The notes beneath the pieces were generated by a model that did not search any database, was not told the DNA's origin, and worked only from the letters and a program-made list of their open reading frames with translations. DNA of 64,000 bases from an uncultured Planctomycetota bacterium. Its GTDB lineage: Bacteria; Planctomycetota; Planctomycetia; Isosphaerales; Isosphaeraceae. This document shows, in pieces, positions 51,936-62,877 of the stretch. Location: the NCBI GenBank assembly GCA_963823665.1, contig CAWGMQ010000008.1, positions 1,376,001 to 1,440,000 on the forward strand, read 5' to 3'. Position numbers and translations under genes: made by a program. The stretch's first letter is position 1. Each line of letters begins with the position of its first letter.

Positions 51936-54777
51936 CATCGTGACGATTCGAGTTCCTTTGCGGCTCAGACGAGCGCCCCATGGCTTTGCGGCGAGCGCGC
52001 TGTATTTTCCCAGCCGAGAGCCGGCTCTGCTGTTCGCCGTCTGCGCGGGTCTGGACCTCGACCCGTGGGGGCGAGTCTTCGCCGTCGAGAGCGGTTTTCT
52101 GCTGGTGCTCGAACAGCCGGCCACCGGCGCGGTGTCAGGGGCCGTTCGCCTGAGAAAGTTGACCGACGGGTTGTACGCGCCCGCCGATGCAGTGCTCCTA
52201 CCGGCCTTGCTCGACGATGAAGCGAGCGGAGTGACACGTGGCCGGGGCGTCGTGTTCCTGCATGGTGGGCGCGTGCTCGAGTTCGACCGCGAGTCCGCAA
52301 TCGATCCCGGAGCGCTTCTTCATGCACGGACCCGCGCTCGGCGGGCCTGGTGCCCGCTGCCCCAGCCGGAAGAGCCGGCCGAGCGGCTCACTCAAGTTGT
52401 TCTCGACGTGCCGGATCAGGATCCCAATGACATCTACCGAGAGATCCGGAAGGAGCTCAATCGGGGCAACTCGCAGTCCGGAACGTCGCGGCGGCCGGAG
52501 ACCGGTCCCGCAGACGAGGATGATCGCGGTGAGAACGCACGAGGCGAAGGCGAAGCGTCCGGATCGGAGACGGGCGAAACCGAAGGCGGCGCCCCAGAGC
52601 ACGCGCGGCGAACTCTGAAGAACGCGGGCGGCTCTGCGGTACACGGGATCCTGGGACCGCTCTACGGGGCGATCGGGGCGATGCGTGAAAAAATCCAGTG
52701 GGAGTGGGTCGATCATTCGGAATTGATCAAGAAGCTGGTGCGCGAGTTCAGGGAAGGAGACAAGGCGCTGGCGCTCGAGCGAGCGATCCCGATCATGCGA
52801 CCTGGCGAGGGTTTTCCGTCCTGGATCCCGGTGCGGGCCAACTGGCTGCCATGGACCCGGGCGGTCTACAACCTGGCCGAGCTGCTGCGACGGCCCGGCC
52901 GCGGCGAGGCAATACCAGTGCGCATGGCCCGCGATGACGCGGTGCGGGAGTTGATGCTGGAATATCGGAAAGCGGCCGAGGAGGCTGTGAGGCAGGGCGA
53001 CTTCCGCAGGGCGGCCTACATCTACGGCATCCTGCTCCAAGACGATCGCACGGCGGCCAGCGCACTCGAGCGTGCCGGGCTGCATCACGACGCGGCGCTC
53101 ATCTATGCGAACAAGCTGAACGATCGTGCTGCGGCGGCGCAGGCGTATGAGGCCGCCGGCGAATTCGACCGCGCGCTCGATCTATACAATCGCATCGGGC
53201 AGCACGAGCGGGCCGGCGACCTGCTGCGCCGGATCGGCGAAGAAGAGGCCGCGGTCGCGGAGTACGTGGCGGCGGCCCGTGAGCTTTCCACCGTCGCGGC
53301 AAACCACCTTGGTGCCGGAAGGATTCTGCTGGAGAAGGCGCGGCGAGTGGAGCTGGCGATCGAGGAGTTCAGGAGCGGGTGGCAGCGCCGGCCGGCGGGG
53401 AACTCGACGCAGTGCGGGCTCGAACTGGCCAGATTGCACGCGCGGGGGAACCAGGCCGCCGCTTTCCGGCGGCTGCTCGACGAAGCCGATGCGATGTTCG
53501 AGACCCCAGGCTACCCGTTCGACGGCTACTTCTACAACGAGATCGTACGCATGGCCGACGATCCAGCGCTCGAAGAGATCACGGAGGAAGTGCGAGACCG
53601 GGCGCTTCAGGCGACTGCGCGAAGCCTCCGGCGCGGACTGGAGAACCGGCGTTCATCGGCCATGATGGTCTCGAAGCTCCTGGGGCGGTCGAATTTGTGG
53701 CCGGCTGCGCTACTGAGCGACGCTGAATATGCGCTGGGAAAGGCGATTGAGGGACGTCACGTCGAAACGATCGTCCAGCGGTCGGCGCCATCGGGGCACA
53801 GCCTTCAGATTGGGCGAGGAAGTGTTACTGCGGCCTGCCAGGCAGCGGTCTCGGGAGAAATCTTCCTGGGCTTCGAGAGCGGGTTGATCTGCATTTTCCG
53901 GCCGGATAGCGAGCAGGTGGTCGAGGTACCCACGAATCACGGCACGGTCGTCGCGGTCTCGGTGGATCCGCAGGGCCAGATGCTGGCCTCGCTCCACGAA
54001 TCACACCGAGGGCTCAAGCTGTGCTGCTTCCGGAGGCGCCCGGACGGGTCATACCGATGGCAGCCGGAAATCGGAATCGATGCGGCCAAGAAGCACTGGC
54101 TGACGCCGATGCTGCGCATGGGCGTTGAGCGGCTGGTGGGGGTGAGCGACGGACGCGGGCTGATCGTCTTCGACGCGGCGTCGGGATTGGCGCGGGAGCG
54201 ACTGCGAGTTGCCGACGATGAATCGGTCGCGCCGTGGGCGGGGGTGCTGCTCGTCGCCGGCGAGCGGCGCAAACCATCGGCCAGCCGTGTGACAGTGCTC
54301 ACGCACGATTCGACGCAGTGGGTGGTGCTCGACCCGGCGGACGATCGGCTCTACCAGACCGGCTGCAATTGGCTGCCGGCTGAGACCGGAGCGCATGCTC
54401 TTGAGTCAGTTCCCCTTTCCTGGCGCCATGCCGCACCCTTGCTCGAGCTGGTGGGTGTGGACGGAAGCGGCAGGGTGCACGCCGCCGAGTTTCACGTGGA
54501 TGAGCGCTCGGTGGAGCTGATCGCTTGCCGGACGGCCACGACCGACGGGGGTTACGTGGGCGCCTCGCATTGCGGAACCAGTACAGTCGTGGCCGTTTCG
54601 CGCTCGGGTATCGATTGGTTGAGCTTTCACGGAGACCGGTTTCGCCTGTCACAAAGGGAGGAGTGCTCGCTCCCTTCCGCGATTGCGTGTTTCGCGACGC
54701 ACACGCGAGACGCACTGGTGGTGTGCTCACGGGGGCTGCTGATTCGCGTCCCAGTGCCACGGCGTGGTGCGCGGTAG
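51925..54777 (+). CDS. bpX-type protein with TPR-like helices and C-terminal beta-propeller
   Basis: 'LYAPADAVLLPAL', 'REGDKALALERAIP', 'GDFRRAAYIYG..L', TPR-like repeats and 'VVAVSVDPQGQMLASL'. Overlaps the previous gene. Confidence 0.65.
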   Translation: MVGDIVTIRVPLRLRRAPHGFAASALYFPSREPALLFAVCAGLDLDPWGRVFAVESGFLLVLEQPATGAVSGAVRLRKLTDGLYAPADAVLLPALLDDEASGVTRGRGVVFLHGGRVLEFDRESAIDPGALLHARTRARRAWCPLPQPEEPAERLTQVVLDVPDQDPNDIYREIRKELNRGNSQSGTSRRPETGPADEDDRGENARGEGEASGSETGETEGGAPEHARRTLKNAGGSAVHGILGPLYGAIGAMREKIQWEWVDHSELIKKLVREFREGDKALALERAIPIMRPGEGFPSWIPVRANWLPWTRAVYNLAELLRRPGRGEAIPVRMARDDAVRELMLEYRKAAEEAVRQGDFRRAAYIYGILLQDDRTAASALERAGLHHDAALIYANKLNDRAAAAQAYEAAGEFDRALDLYNRIGQHERAGDLLRRIGEEEAAVAEYVAAARELSTVAANHLGAGRILLEKARRVELAIEEFRSGWQRRPAGNSTQCGLELARLHARGNQAAAFRRLLDEADAMFETPGYPFDGYFYNEIVRMADDPALEEITEEVRDRALQATARSLRRGLENRRSSAMMVSKLLGRSNLWPAALLSDAEYALGKAIEGRHVETIVQRSAPSGHSLQIGRGSVTAACQAAVSGEIFLGFESGLICIFRPDSEQVVEVPTNHGTVVAVSVDPQGQMLASLHESHRGLKLCCFRRRPDGSYRWQPEIGIDAAKKHWLTPMLRMGVERLVGVSDGRGLIVFDAASGLARERLRVADDESVAPWAGVLLVAGERRKPSASRVTVLTHDSTQWVVLDPADDRLYQTGCNWLPAETGAHALESVPLSWRHAAPLLELVGVDGSGRVHAAEFHVDERSVELIACRTATTDGGYVGASHCGTSTVVAVSRSGIDWLSFHGDRFRLSQREECSLPSAIACFATHTRDALVVCSRGLLIRVPVPRRGAR

Positions 54778-54984
54778 TGATGCACTCACGGTCGCCGCTG
54801 AAGACGAGGCAAACTGGATGGACTGGGCATGTAAATCATTCAGACGAGTTGCGTTGAAATGGTGTCGAGGGTGTTGAGCAAGGGGATTGCAATTGAGGCT
54901 GGCATTTCCTATGCTTAAACCCTCAAAGAGTAAGTGGATCAATCAGGGACGGCTCTAACAAGGCCGGCGGTATTGGGGCGTGAG

Positions 54985-55254
54985 ATGGCGATCACGAAGG
55001 AGAAGAAGCAGGAGATCATCGGCACATTCGGCCGGGCCGAAGTGGACACGGGTTCGCCCGAAGTGCAAGTTGCCTTGTTGACGGCCCGGATCAATGACCT
55101 GACGGATCATTTCAAGACACACGCGAAGGACCATGCCAGCCGCCGTGGGCTGCTGATGATGGTCTCGAAGAGGTCGAGCCTGCTGAAGTATCTGCGGCTC
55201 CACAATCGCAAGAAGTATCTTGAAGTGATCAGCCGGCTGGGAATCCGCAAGTAG
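54985..55254 (+). CDS. rpsO: 30S ribosomal protein S15
   Basis: '[18 protein letters not shown]...[10 protein letters not shown]'. Confidence 0.98.
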   Translation: MAITKEKKQEIIGTFGRAEVDTGSPEVQVALLTARINDLTDHFKTHAKDHASRRGLLMMVSKRSSLLKYLRLHNRKKYLEVISRLGIRK

Positions 55255-55649
55255 ACGGTAGCCTTCTCGCTCGCCGCCTGCGGGCGGTCGATTCCGGTGC
55301 GCGTGCAGGGTGCGGTAGGGAGGTCCCGGGTTCTGCCTTGTCAGCATTGCAAACCCAAGTGCCCGTGCGGAGCCCGCCAGGGTTTCGTAGGCCGTTTCTG
55401 GAGATTGTGGTTCTATCGTGATCGGAAGCAGCCCCCGTCAGGTGTCCACTCACTCTTGCTCTCTTAACAAGCTGTTGGGGTTTAAACCGGCCTGTCGAGA
55501 ACGATGAGGGCCGGGTTGATCGCAACGGTTTGGCGTTGAGTCGAAGTGGGACCGCTGATGAATGAGACAATGACGCGGCGACACCCGACCGGGTCCATCG
55601 TGATATCCTCAAAAAGCCCCGCATTGGCGCGGCCATGCAGGTAGGGTCC

Positions 55650-58034
55650 ATGTCCAGTACTTTTTCGTCACGTAAGCTTGTCGAGAAGACCGTCGGCGGC
55701 AAGCAGATCAGCATCGAGACGGGATTTTTGGCAAAACAAGCCAGCGGCGCGGTGGTCGTCCGGATCGGCGACACGATGACGCTGGTTGCGGTGGTGGCGG
55801 GTCCAGGGCGGGAGGGGCTCGATTTCTTCCCGCTGACTGTAGACTACCGTGAAAAGACCTATGCCGCGGGCAAGTTCCCCGGCGGGTTTATCAAGCGCGA
55901 GGGACGGCCGACCACCAAGGAGATCCTGACATCGCGGCTGATTGACCGGCCGATCCGGCCGCTTTTTCCGGAGTCTTATCGCGACGAAGTCCAGATTCAG
56001 GCCGGGCCGATATCGGCAGACCGGCAGAATGACCCGGACGTGCTTTCGATGATCGGGGCTTCGGCCGCGCTCATGCTCGCCCGAGTGCCATTCTTCGGGC
56101 CGGTGGGCGCGATCCGGCTGGGGAGGGTCGATGGCCAGCTCGTCGCGTTTCCGACCGCGGCCGAGCTCGAGGACAGCGATCTGGACCTGATCGTCTCGAG
56201 CACAGAGAACACGATCGTGATGATCGAGGGCTTTGGCGAAGAGCTTCCCGAGCCCGAGATGGGCGACGCGATCATGGAGGCGCATCGATTGAATCAGGAG
56301 TTGATCGCGCTTCAGAAGGAGCTGATCGAGGCCGTCGGTTTGCCGCCACTCGAGCTGCCAGAACCGCCCGTGGATGCCTTGCGGCAGACGATTTACGAGC
56401 GTTACAGCGGCGCCTTGCGTGAGGCGAAGCAGTTATTGATGAAGGCCGAGCGAAACAGTGCGACGCGTGCCCTCGAAGAGACGATCATCAAGGAGCTGGT
56501 GCCGACCACGAAGGCTGCCTCGAGTGGGGAAGCCGCGGGTTCCTCTGGCGACCCGGCCCCGAGCCCGGTCCCCGCTGACGCGGTGGTCACCGCGGCGAGG
56601 GTGAAGGCAGCCTTTACCGCCGTCGAGGAGCGGGTCGTGCGGGAGCTGATCCTGGACGGGACACGCCCGGACGGGCGCGGCCCCAAGGACCTCCGGTCGA
56701 TCAAGTGCGAGGTCGGGCTATTGCCCCGGGCGCACGGCTCGGCCGTGTTTCAGCGCGGCGAGACGCAGGCGCTCGTGACGACGGTGCTCGGGACCGGTGC
56801 CGACGAGCAGCGGGTGGACGGGATCATGGATGAATACAGCAAGAAGTTCATGCTCGATTACAATATGCCCTCGTTCGCGGTAGGCGAGGTCAGGCCGATT
56901 CGCGGGCCGGGGCGGCGCGAGATCGGCCACGGCGCGCTCGCCGAGCGTTCGGTGGCGCCGATTCTGCCGGGTGCGGCTCAGTTTCCGTACACGATCCGCG
57001 TGGTGTCGGACATTCTCGAATCGAACGGATCGAGCTCGATGGCCTCGGTCTGCGGTGCGACCTTGAGCCTGATGGACGCGGGCGTACCGATCAGCGATCC
57101 GGTGGGAGGAATCTCGATCGGGCTGGTGCAGGATGCCTCGAGCGGCCGGCACATCCTGCTGACCGACATCATCGGCGACGAGGACCACTTCGGTGACATG
57201 GACTTCAAGGTCGCCGGCACTCAGCGCGGGGTGACCGGCATCCAGCTCGACCTCAAGAACCGCGGGATCACCGAGGTGATCATGCGCGAGACGCTCGAGC
57301 AGGCGCGCGAGGCACGGCTGGAGATCCTGCGGGCGATGCTGCGGGCGATCAAGCGGCCGCGTGAAGAGATCTCGGCGAACGCACCGCGATTGATCCAGAT
57401 CCAGATCAATCCCGAGAAGATCGGGCTCATCATCGGGCCCGGTGGCAAGACGATTCGCCGCCTGCAAGAAGAGACCGGCGCCAAGATCGACATTGACGAC
57501 ACCGGCGTGGTGACGCTCTCGAGTCTCGAGGCCGCGGGGGCCGAGGCCGCTCGCGACAAGATCGTGGCGATGACGGAAGGGGTGCAGCTCGGACGGATCT
57601 ACGAAGGTAGGGTGACCTCGATCAAGGAGTTCGGCGCCTTCGTCGAGATCCTTCCCGGCAAGGACGGGCTGGTGCACATCAGCGAGCTCTCGGAAGGATA
57701 CGTCTCGAGCGTGACAGACGTGTGCCGGGTGGGCGATCCGATGCTGGTCAAGGCGATCGCGATCGACGACCAGGACAGAGTGAAGCTCTCGCGAAAGGCG
57801 GCCATGGCCGAGCGCGGGCAAGTTGACGAGATCGCCACGCGACCGCGGCCTCCGGGGCCGCAGGGCGGGGAAGGAAGAGGAGGCGACCGGGGCGGGCCGC
57901 CGCCGCCGCGCCGGCCAAGCGGCGACCGCGATCGAGGCCCGGACCGCGATCGCGGGGGTTATGGGGGCGGAGACCGGGATCGCGATCGCGGTGGCTACGG
58001 CGGGGGAGGGGACCGAGGTCCTCGGCGGCCCTGA
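55650..58034 (+). CDS. pnp: Polyribonucleotide nucleotidyltransferase (PNPase)
   Basis: '[10 protein letters not shown]', '[11 protein letters not shown]', 'SNGSSSMAS', 'GDMDFKVAG', KH and S1 domains. Follows rpsO. Confidence 0.98.
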   Translation: MSSTFSSRKLVEKTVGGKQISIETGFLAKQASGAVVVRIGDTMTLVAVVAGPGREGLDFFPLTVDYREKTYAAGKFPGGFIKREGRPTTKEILTSRLIDRPIRPLFPESYRDEVQIQAGPISADRQNDPDVLSMIGASAALMLARVPFFGPVGAIRLGRVDGQLVAFPTAAELEDSDLDLIVSSTENTIVMIEGFGEELPEPEMGDAIMEAHRLNQELIALQKELIEAVGLPPLELPEPPVDALRQTIYERYSGALREAKQLLMKAERNSATRALEETIIKELVPTTKAASSGEAAGSSGDPAPSPVPADAVVTAARVKAAFTAVEERVVRELILDGTRPDGRGPKDLRSIKCEVGLLPRAHGSAVFQRGETQALVTTVLGTGADEQRVDGIMDEYSKKFMLDYNMPSFAVGEVRPIRGPGRREIGHGALAERSVAPILPGAAQFPYTIRVVSDILESNGSSSMASVCGATLSLMDAGVPISDPVGGISIGLVQDASSGRHILLTDIIGDEDHFGDMDFKVAGTQRGVTGIQLDLKNRGITEVIMRETLEQAREARLEILRAMLRAIKRPREEISANAPRLIQIQINPEKIGLIIGPGGKTIRRLQEETGAKIDIDDTGVVTLSSLEAAGAEAARDKIVAMTEGVQLGRIYEGRVTSIKEFGAFVEILPGKDGLVHISELSEGYVSSVTDVCRVGDPMLVKAIAIDDQDRVKLSRKAAMAERGQVDEIATRPRPPGPQGGEGRGGDRGGPPPPRRPSGDRDRGPDRDRGGYGGGDRDRDRGGYGGGGDRGPRRP

Positions 58035-58083
58035 GCGGCCTCGTCTGTGTGCGCCGCCCCGGTGTGCGCTAATCCCGCTGCAA

Positions 58084-59100
58084 ATGGGCAAATTGAGAAC
58101 AGGAAAGGTTAGCCAGGGCGGGCCCAGAAAAAAGACCGGTATCCCGGCGAGGGGCGAGTCGTCTCGTGGCGAATCCATCGACCACCAAGGTTTCACGAAG
58201 CCAGGCAGAAGTCAGGTCGAGCCCCCGCGCGCGGGCGAAGATGGCATCGGAGATATTCGAGACGGCGCGCCGGGAACGGAAACCGGGGGCGGACTGACAA
58301 CGGAAGCCTCCGGGGCTAGACCGGTCGACTCGGAGCAGGACTCGACCCGGCGGTTGCGCGCTCAATACGCGGAAATCTCGCAGCTTGCGGGGGGGCTGGC
58401 GCACGAGATCCGCAACCCCCTGTCGACTTTGTCGCTGAACCTCGACCTGCTGCTGGAGGATTTTCAAAACCCGGAGACTCCACGAGACCGGCGGGTGCTG
58501 CAGCGGCTCGAGCGGCTTCGGCCGGAAGTTCAGCGGTTGCACGGCATCCTCGAGAGCTTCCTGCGATTCGCGCGGGTTCAGGAGCTGAAGCTCGAGCCGA
58601 CGGACCTGAATACCGTCATCGACGAGATGCGGGATTTCTACGAGCCACATGCTTCGACCAAGGGGATTGTAGTTCGCACCAAGTTTGCGCGCGACCTTCC
58701 CCCCGTGCATCTCGATCGCGAGCTGTTCAAGCAAGCCGTCTTGAACCTGGTTTTGAATGCCGAGCACGCGATGCCCGAGGGCGGCGAGCTGATTCTCACG
58801 ACTCGCCGCCAAGGCCGATGGCTCCGCCTCGATGTGGTCGATACAGGAGTGGGGATGACGGAGGAGGTTCGATCGCGGATCTTCGACGCGTTCTTCTCGA
58901 CTCGCGCCGGCGGCAGCGGCCTGGGCTTGCCGACCACCCGGAAGATCATCGAAGCGCACGGTGGCGAAATCGATGTGCAGAGCGATCTGGGCAAGGGCTC
59001 GCAGTTCAGCGTGCGGCTGCCGGTTTACGAACGGGTGCCGACGGATCGGAGCGGCACGCCGGTCGAACCCGTGCCGCGCGGGCTCCCGCCGCAACCGTGA
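58084..59100 (+). CDS. Histidine kinase (HisKA + HATPase), no evident sensor domain; start uncertain
   Basis: '[10 protein letters not shown]', 'NLVLNA', 'DTGVG', 'FFST..GGSGLGL'. Confidence 0.85.
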   Translation: MGKLRTGKVSQGGPRKKTGIPARGESSRGESIDHQGFTKPGRSQVEPPRAGEDGIGDIRDGAPGTETGGGLTTEASGARPVDSEQDSTRRLRAQYAEISQLAGGLAHEIRNPLSTLSLNLDLLLEDFQNPETPRDRRVLQRLERLRPEVQRLHGILESFLRFARVQELKLEPTDLNTVIDEMRDFYEPHASTKGIVVRTKFARDLPPVHLDRELFKQAVLNLVLNAEHAMPEGGELILTTRRQGRWLRLDVVDTGVGMTEEVRSRIFDAFFSTRAGGSGLGLPTTRKIIEAHGGEIDVQSDLGKGSQFSVRLPVYERVPTDRSGTPVEPVPRGLPPQP

Positions 59101-59137
59101 GATCTCCGTCCGTCTCTTCGAGCGCGAGCAAGGACCG

Positions 59138-60508
59138 ATGGATCAGCAGATCCGCGTGTTGGTGGTGGACGACGACGAGCCGCACGCCACGGCCGTGGCC
59201 GAGAGCCTCGAGCGTGTCGGCTACGACTGCGTCGTGGCCACCAGCGGCGCCGAAGGGCTGAAGCTGATCGAGGAACAAGTCTTCGACATCATCATCACCG
59301 ACCTGATCATGGAAGGCGTGGGAGGCCTCGAGGTGCTGGCCAAGGCCAAGCGCGAGATCCCTGACGCCGAGGTCGTGATTCTGACCGGACACAGCACGAT
59401 CAAGACAGCCGTGACCGCGATTCAGGCCGGGGCTTCGACCTATCTCACCAAGCCGCTCGATATCAACGAGCTGCGAACTGTCGCCGACAAGGCTTCGCAC
59501 TCACAGCGGCTGCAGCGATCAAACATCGAGCTTCAGAAGCAGCTCAACGAGAAGTTCGGCTTCGAGGGGGTGATCGGGAATTCGGAGGCGATGCATTCGG
59601 TGGTGGCCAAGCTGCGGCAGATCGCACCCACGTCGGCGTCGGTGCTCATCACCGGCGAGAGCGGAACGGGAAAAGAACTGGTCGCCAAGGCGCTGCACGT
59701 CAATGGCCCGCGCCGCAACAAGCCGTTCGTGCCGCTCAATTGCGCCGAGCTCTCGGAGAACATCCTCGAGAGCGAGCTCTTCGGCCACGTGAAAGGGGCC
59801 TTCACCGGCGCCGATCGAGACCGGATCGGCCGCTTCCAGTACGCCAACGGCGGCACGCTCTTCATGGACGAGATCGGCGACATGCCCACACCGATCCAGA
59901 TCAAACTGCTCAGAGTGCTCGAGACCGGCGAGATTGTACGCGTCGGTACGAACGACCCGATCAAGGTCAACGTCCGGCTGATCTCGGCCACTAACTGCGA
60001 TCTGGGCGGCGCCATCGCGGAGGGAAGGTTCCGGCAGGACCTGTACCACCGCTTGAAGGTTGTGAGCATCAAGCTGCCGCCGCTTCGCGAGCGACGCGAC
60101 GACATCCCACTCTTGACCGAACACTTCCTCAAGGACTTCAGCGCTTCCCATGGCAAGCAGGTAGCGGCGATCACACCGGCAGTTCGCAAGGTCTTGATGG
60201 CGCACTCGTGGCCAGGAAACGTCCGTGAGCTCAAGAACACGATCGAGAGCATGGTCGTGATCGATGTCGACGGCCGGCTGGACCTCGACGACCTCACCGA
60301 AGACCTCCAGTCGGCGACCACCGGAGCCACCGGCGTGGGTGCGGCGGGGTTCGATTCGCTGGTAGGAAAATCGCTCGAGGATATCGAGAAGCACTACATC
60401 GCCGAGACCTTGAAGCTCACAAGCGGCAACCGCGAGGATGCTGCGAAAATGCTGGGCATCGGCGAGCGCACTCTCTATCGCAAGCTCAAGGAATACGGGC
60501 TTGGCTAA
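59138..60508 (+). CDS. Sigma-54-dependent response regulator (NtrC family)
   Basis: Receiver domain, 'GESGTGKE', 'GAFTGA', C-terminal HTH. Confidence 0.95.
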   Translation: MDQQIRVLVVDDDEPHATAVAESLERVGYDCVVATSGAEGLKLIEEQVFDIIITDLIMEGVGGLEVLAKAKREIPDAEVVILTGHSTIKTAVTAIQAGASTYLTKPLDINELRTVADKASHSQRLQRSNIELQKQLNEKFGFEGVIGNSEAMHSVVAKLRQIAPTSASVLITGESGTGKELVAKALHVNGPRRNKPFVPLNCAELSENILESELFGHVKGAFTGADRDRIGRFQYANGGTLFMDEIGDMPTPIQIKLLRVLETGEIVRVGTNDPIKVNVRLISATNCDLGGAIAEGRFRQDLYHRLKVVSIKLPPLRERRDDIPLLTEHFLKDFSASHGKQVAAITPAVRKVLMAHSWPGNVRELKNTIESMVVIDVDGRLDLDDLTEDLQSATTGATGVGAAGFDSLVGKSLEDIEKHYIAETLKLTSGNREDAAKMLGIGERTLYRKLKEYGLG

Positions 60509-60653
60509 AAGCCTCGGATCGTTCGACTTGGACCGAGCGCGACGACCGCACGCTGCGATCGATTCAACACGGCAGGAGCCACAAGTCCGATCTTTCTGAA
60601 CGAAAGATCACTGTGTATACTGGCAGGGTCGATGGGTTTGGGAGTCATTGTCG

Positions 60654-62735
60654 ATGGGAATCATCCGCCAGTTGCCGCAGGCGGTTATCAATCAGATTGC
60701 CGCGGGCGAGGTCGTCGAGCGCGCTTCGAGCGTGGTGAAGGAGTTGCTCGAGAACGCCATCGACGCCGGGGCCACGCGGGTGGATCTTTCGGTCGAGCGG
60801 GGTGGGAAGGATTTGGTGCGGGTTGCGGATAACGGCGCCGGGATGGCCGACGACGACTTGCTTCTGGCGTTTCAACCGCACGCGACCTCGAAGCTGGCCG
60901 ACGCCGAGGATCTGTACCGAGTGCGGACGCTCGGCTTTCGGGGCGAGGCGCTGGCGGCGATTGCCGAAGTCGCCAAGGTGCGCTGCCAGAGCCGCACGGC
61001 GTCATCCGAACACGGTTCGGAGATCACGATCGAAGCAGGGATCTTCGGTCCCGTGAAGGAATGCGGCTGCCCCACCGGCACGGTGATCGAGGTGCGAAAT
61101 CTCTTTCAGAACATTCCCGTAAGGCGAGCGTTTTTGAAGTCGGACATGACAGAGGCCGGGCATGTCGCGGAGATGTTTTGCCGGGTCGCGCTGGCCCATC
61201 CGGCAGTTCATCTGACGTACCGCTCCGGAGGAAAGCTGATTCACGACCTGCCGCCGGTTCCGGGAATGCGAGAGCGGATTGCGGTTTTCTTCGGCCGTGA
61301 GCTCGCCGAGTCTCTGCTGTGGATTGAAGGCCGGCTCGACGACTTGAATCTGTGGGGATTCGTCGGGCATCCATCACAGAGCCGGTCGACCGCCAAGGGG
61401 CAGTTCTTGTTCCTCGGCGGGCGGTATGTGCGCGACCGCTCGCTCGGCCACGCGCTCAATGAGGCGTATCGCGGTTTGCTGATGGTGGGCCGGATGCCGG
61501 TGGCATTCCTGCACCTGGAGATTCCGCCGGAACAGGTCGATGTGAATGTGCATCCGACCAAGGTCGAGGTGCGGTTCCGCGATCCGCAGCGGGTTTACAG
61601 CCATCTACTCTCGACACTGCGGCAGACATTTCTGAAGAGCGATCTGCACACGCGACTCCAAGCCTCTCAGGAAGCGGCGATTGCGGAGGCCCTTCGGCAG
61701 CCCTCCGGCGAGCAGGGGCGGGTGCCCGCGAGCCAGTCATCCGGATTGGCATTCGGCGGAGCGCCGCCTCGAGTCGAGCTTGGGCGTGCTCGATCTGGCC
61801 GGCGACCCCAATGATCGCCAGCGGGTGGCATCGTGGTTCGAGCCCTCGGGCGGCAAGCCACGGATTCCGGATTCCGTTGGTCTGCCGGCGCCCGGTGCCT
61901 GGGCACAGTCGTTGCCCCTGGCAGGCGCCGTGGGGCCGGGTGAATCATTTGACGAGTTTTCAGCGATGCAGGGAAGCCCCGGGGAGACCCCGGAGGATTT
62001 CTCGTCGGAGCCTGGGCGTTCTGGACCGAACAGCAATGCCAGGGCACGCTCCGTTGGAATTGCGGCGGAGGATGGAACGGTGGATTCGAGCGTCCCATCG
62101 CCGGACCAGCGGAAGAGGGCAGAAAACGTCGATCTTTCGATGCGCACCGAGCAAGCCTCGGAGCCGGTCCGGAAGGCAATTCAGGTGCACGACAGCTATC
62201 TGATCGCCGAGACGGGCGATGGGATGGTGGTGATCGATCAGCATGCGCTCCACGAACGGATTCTGTACGAGGAGCTGCGGAACCGAGTCGGCGCGGGAAC
62301 ATCGAATCGCAGAGGCTGCTTGTGCCGGAGCCGGTGGATCTGCCGGCAGCGGAGGCGGCGCTCGTGATCGAGCAATCCGAGCTGCTGGCTCAGCTCGGGC
62401 TGGAGGTCGAATCGTTCGGCGGCGACACGGTCTTGCTCAGGAGCGCACCGGCGATGCTCGAGCAGGTAAATCCAGAAAGGCTGGTGCGCGACCTGGCCGA
62501 ACATCTGCGAACGCAGCCTCTGCCGCCGAGCCGCGACGGGATGCTCGCCGAGCTTATGCACATGATCGCCTGCAAGGGGGCCGTGAAGGCCGGCCAACCC
62601 CTTTCGGCGACCGAGATCGAGGCACTCCTGGCACGCGGAAGCCTGGTGGCCAACTCGCATCACTGTCCCCATGGTCGGCCAACGGCGCTTGTCTTCACGA
62701 AGGCTGACCTTGAAAAGCAGTTCGGGCGGACCTAG
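60654..62735 (+). CDS. mutL: DNA mismatch repair protein MutL, split by two frameshifts (~61750 and ~62300)
   Basis: 'NQIAAGEVVER', 'GFRGEALA', 'VDVNVHPTK'; then 'DQHALHER'; then 'ACKGAVKAG...CPHGRP'. The three parts lie in successive ORFs. Confidence 0.93.
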
Positions 62736-62877
62736 CGGTCCGGTGCGGCCGCGAAGTCCGGATCAACCCCTTTCACGGGTCAGCAGCGTTAACATAGAAT
62801 CTTGTAAGGCATTGGGATCGCTCGTCGAATCGGCGAGGTTGAGGTTGCTCCCCGTGTGTGGGAGGAGGTATGCGGAG

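Noticed and set aside
54900..54984. S15 autoregulatory leader RNA
   Set aside because: Plausible by position, but no structure could be supported by eye. It needs a covariance-model search.
56718..60394. Long minus-strand ORFs opposite pnp, the kinase and the regulator
   Set aside because: Antisense shadows typical of high-GC codon bias, with no recognisable motifs.
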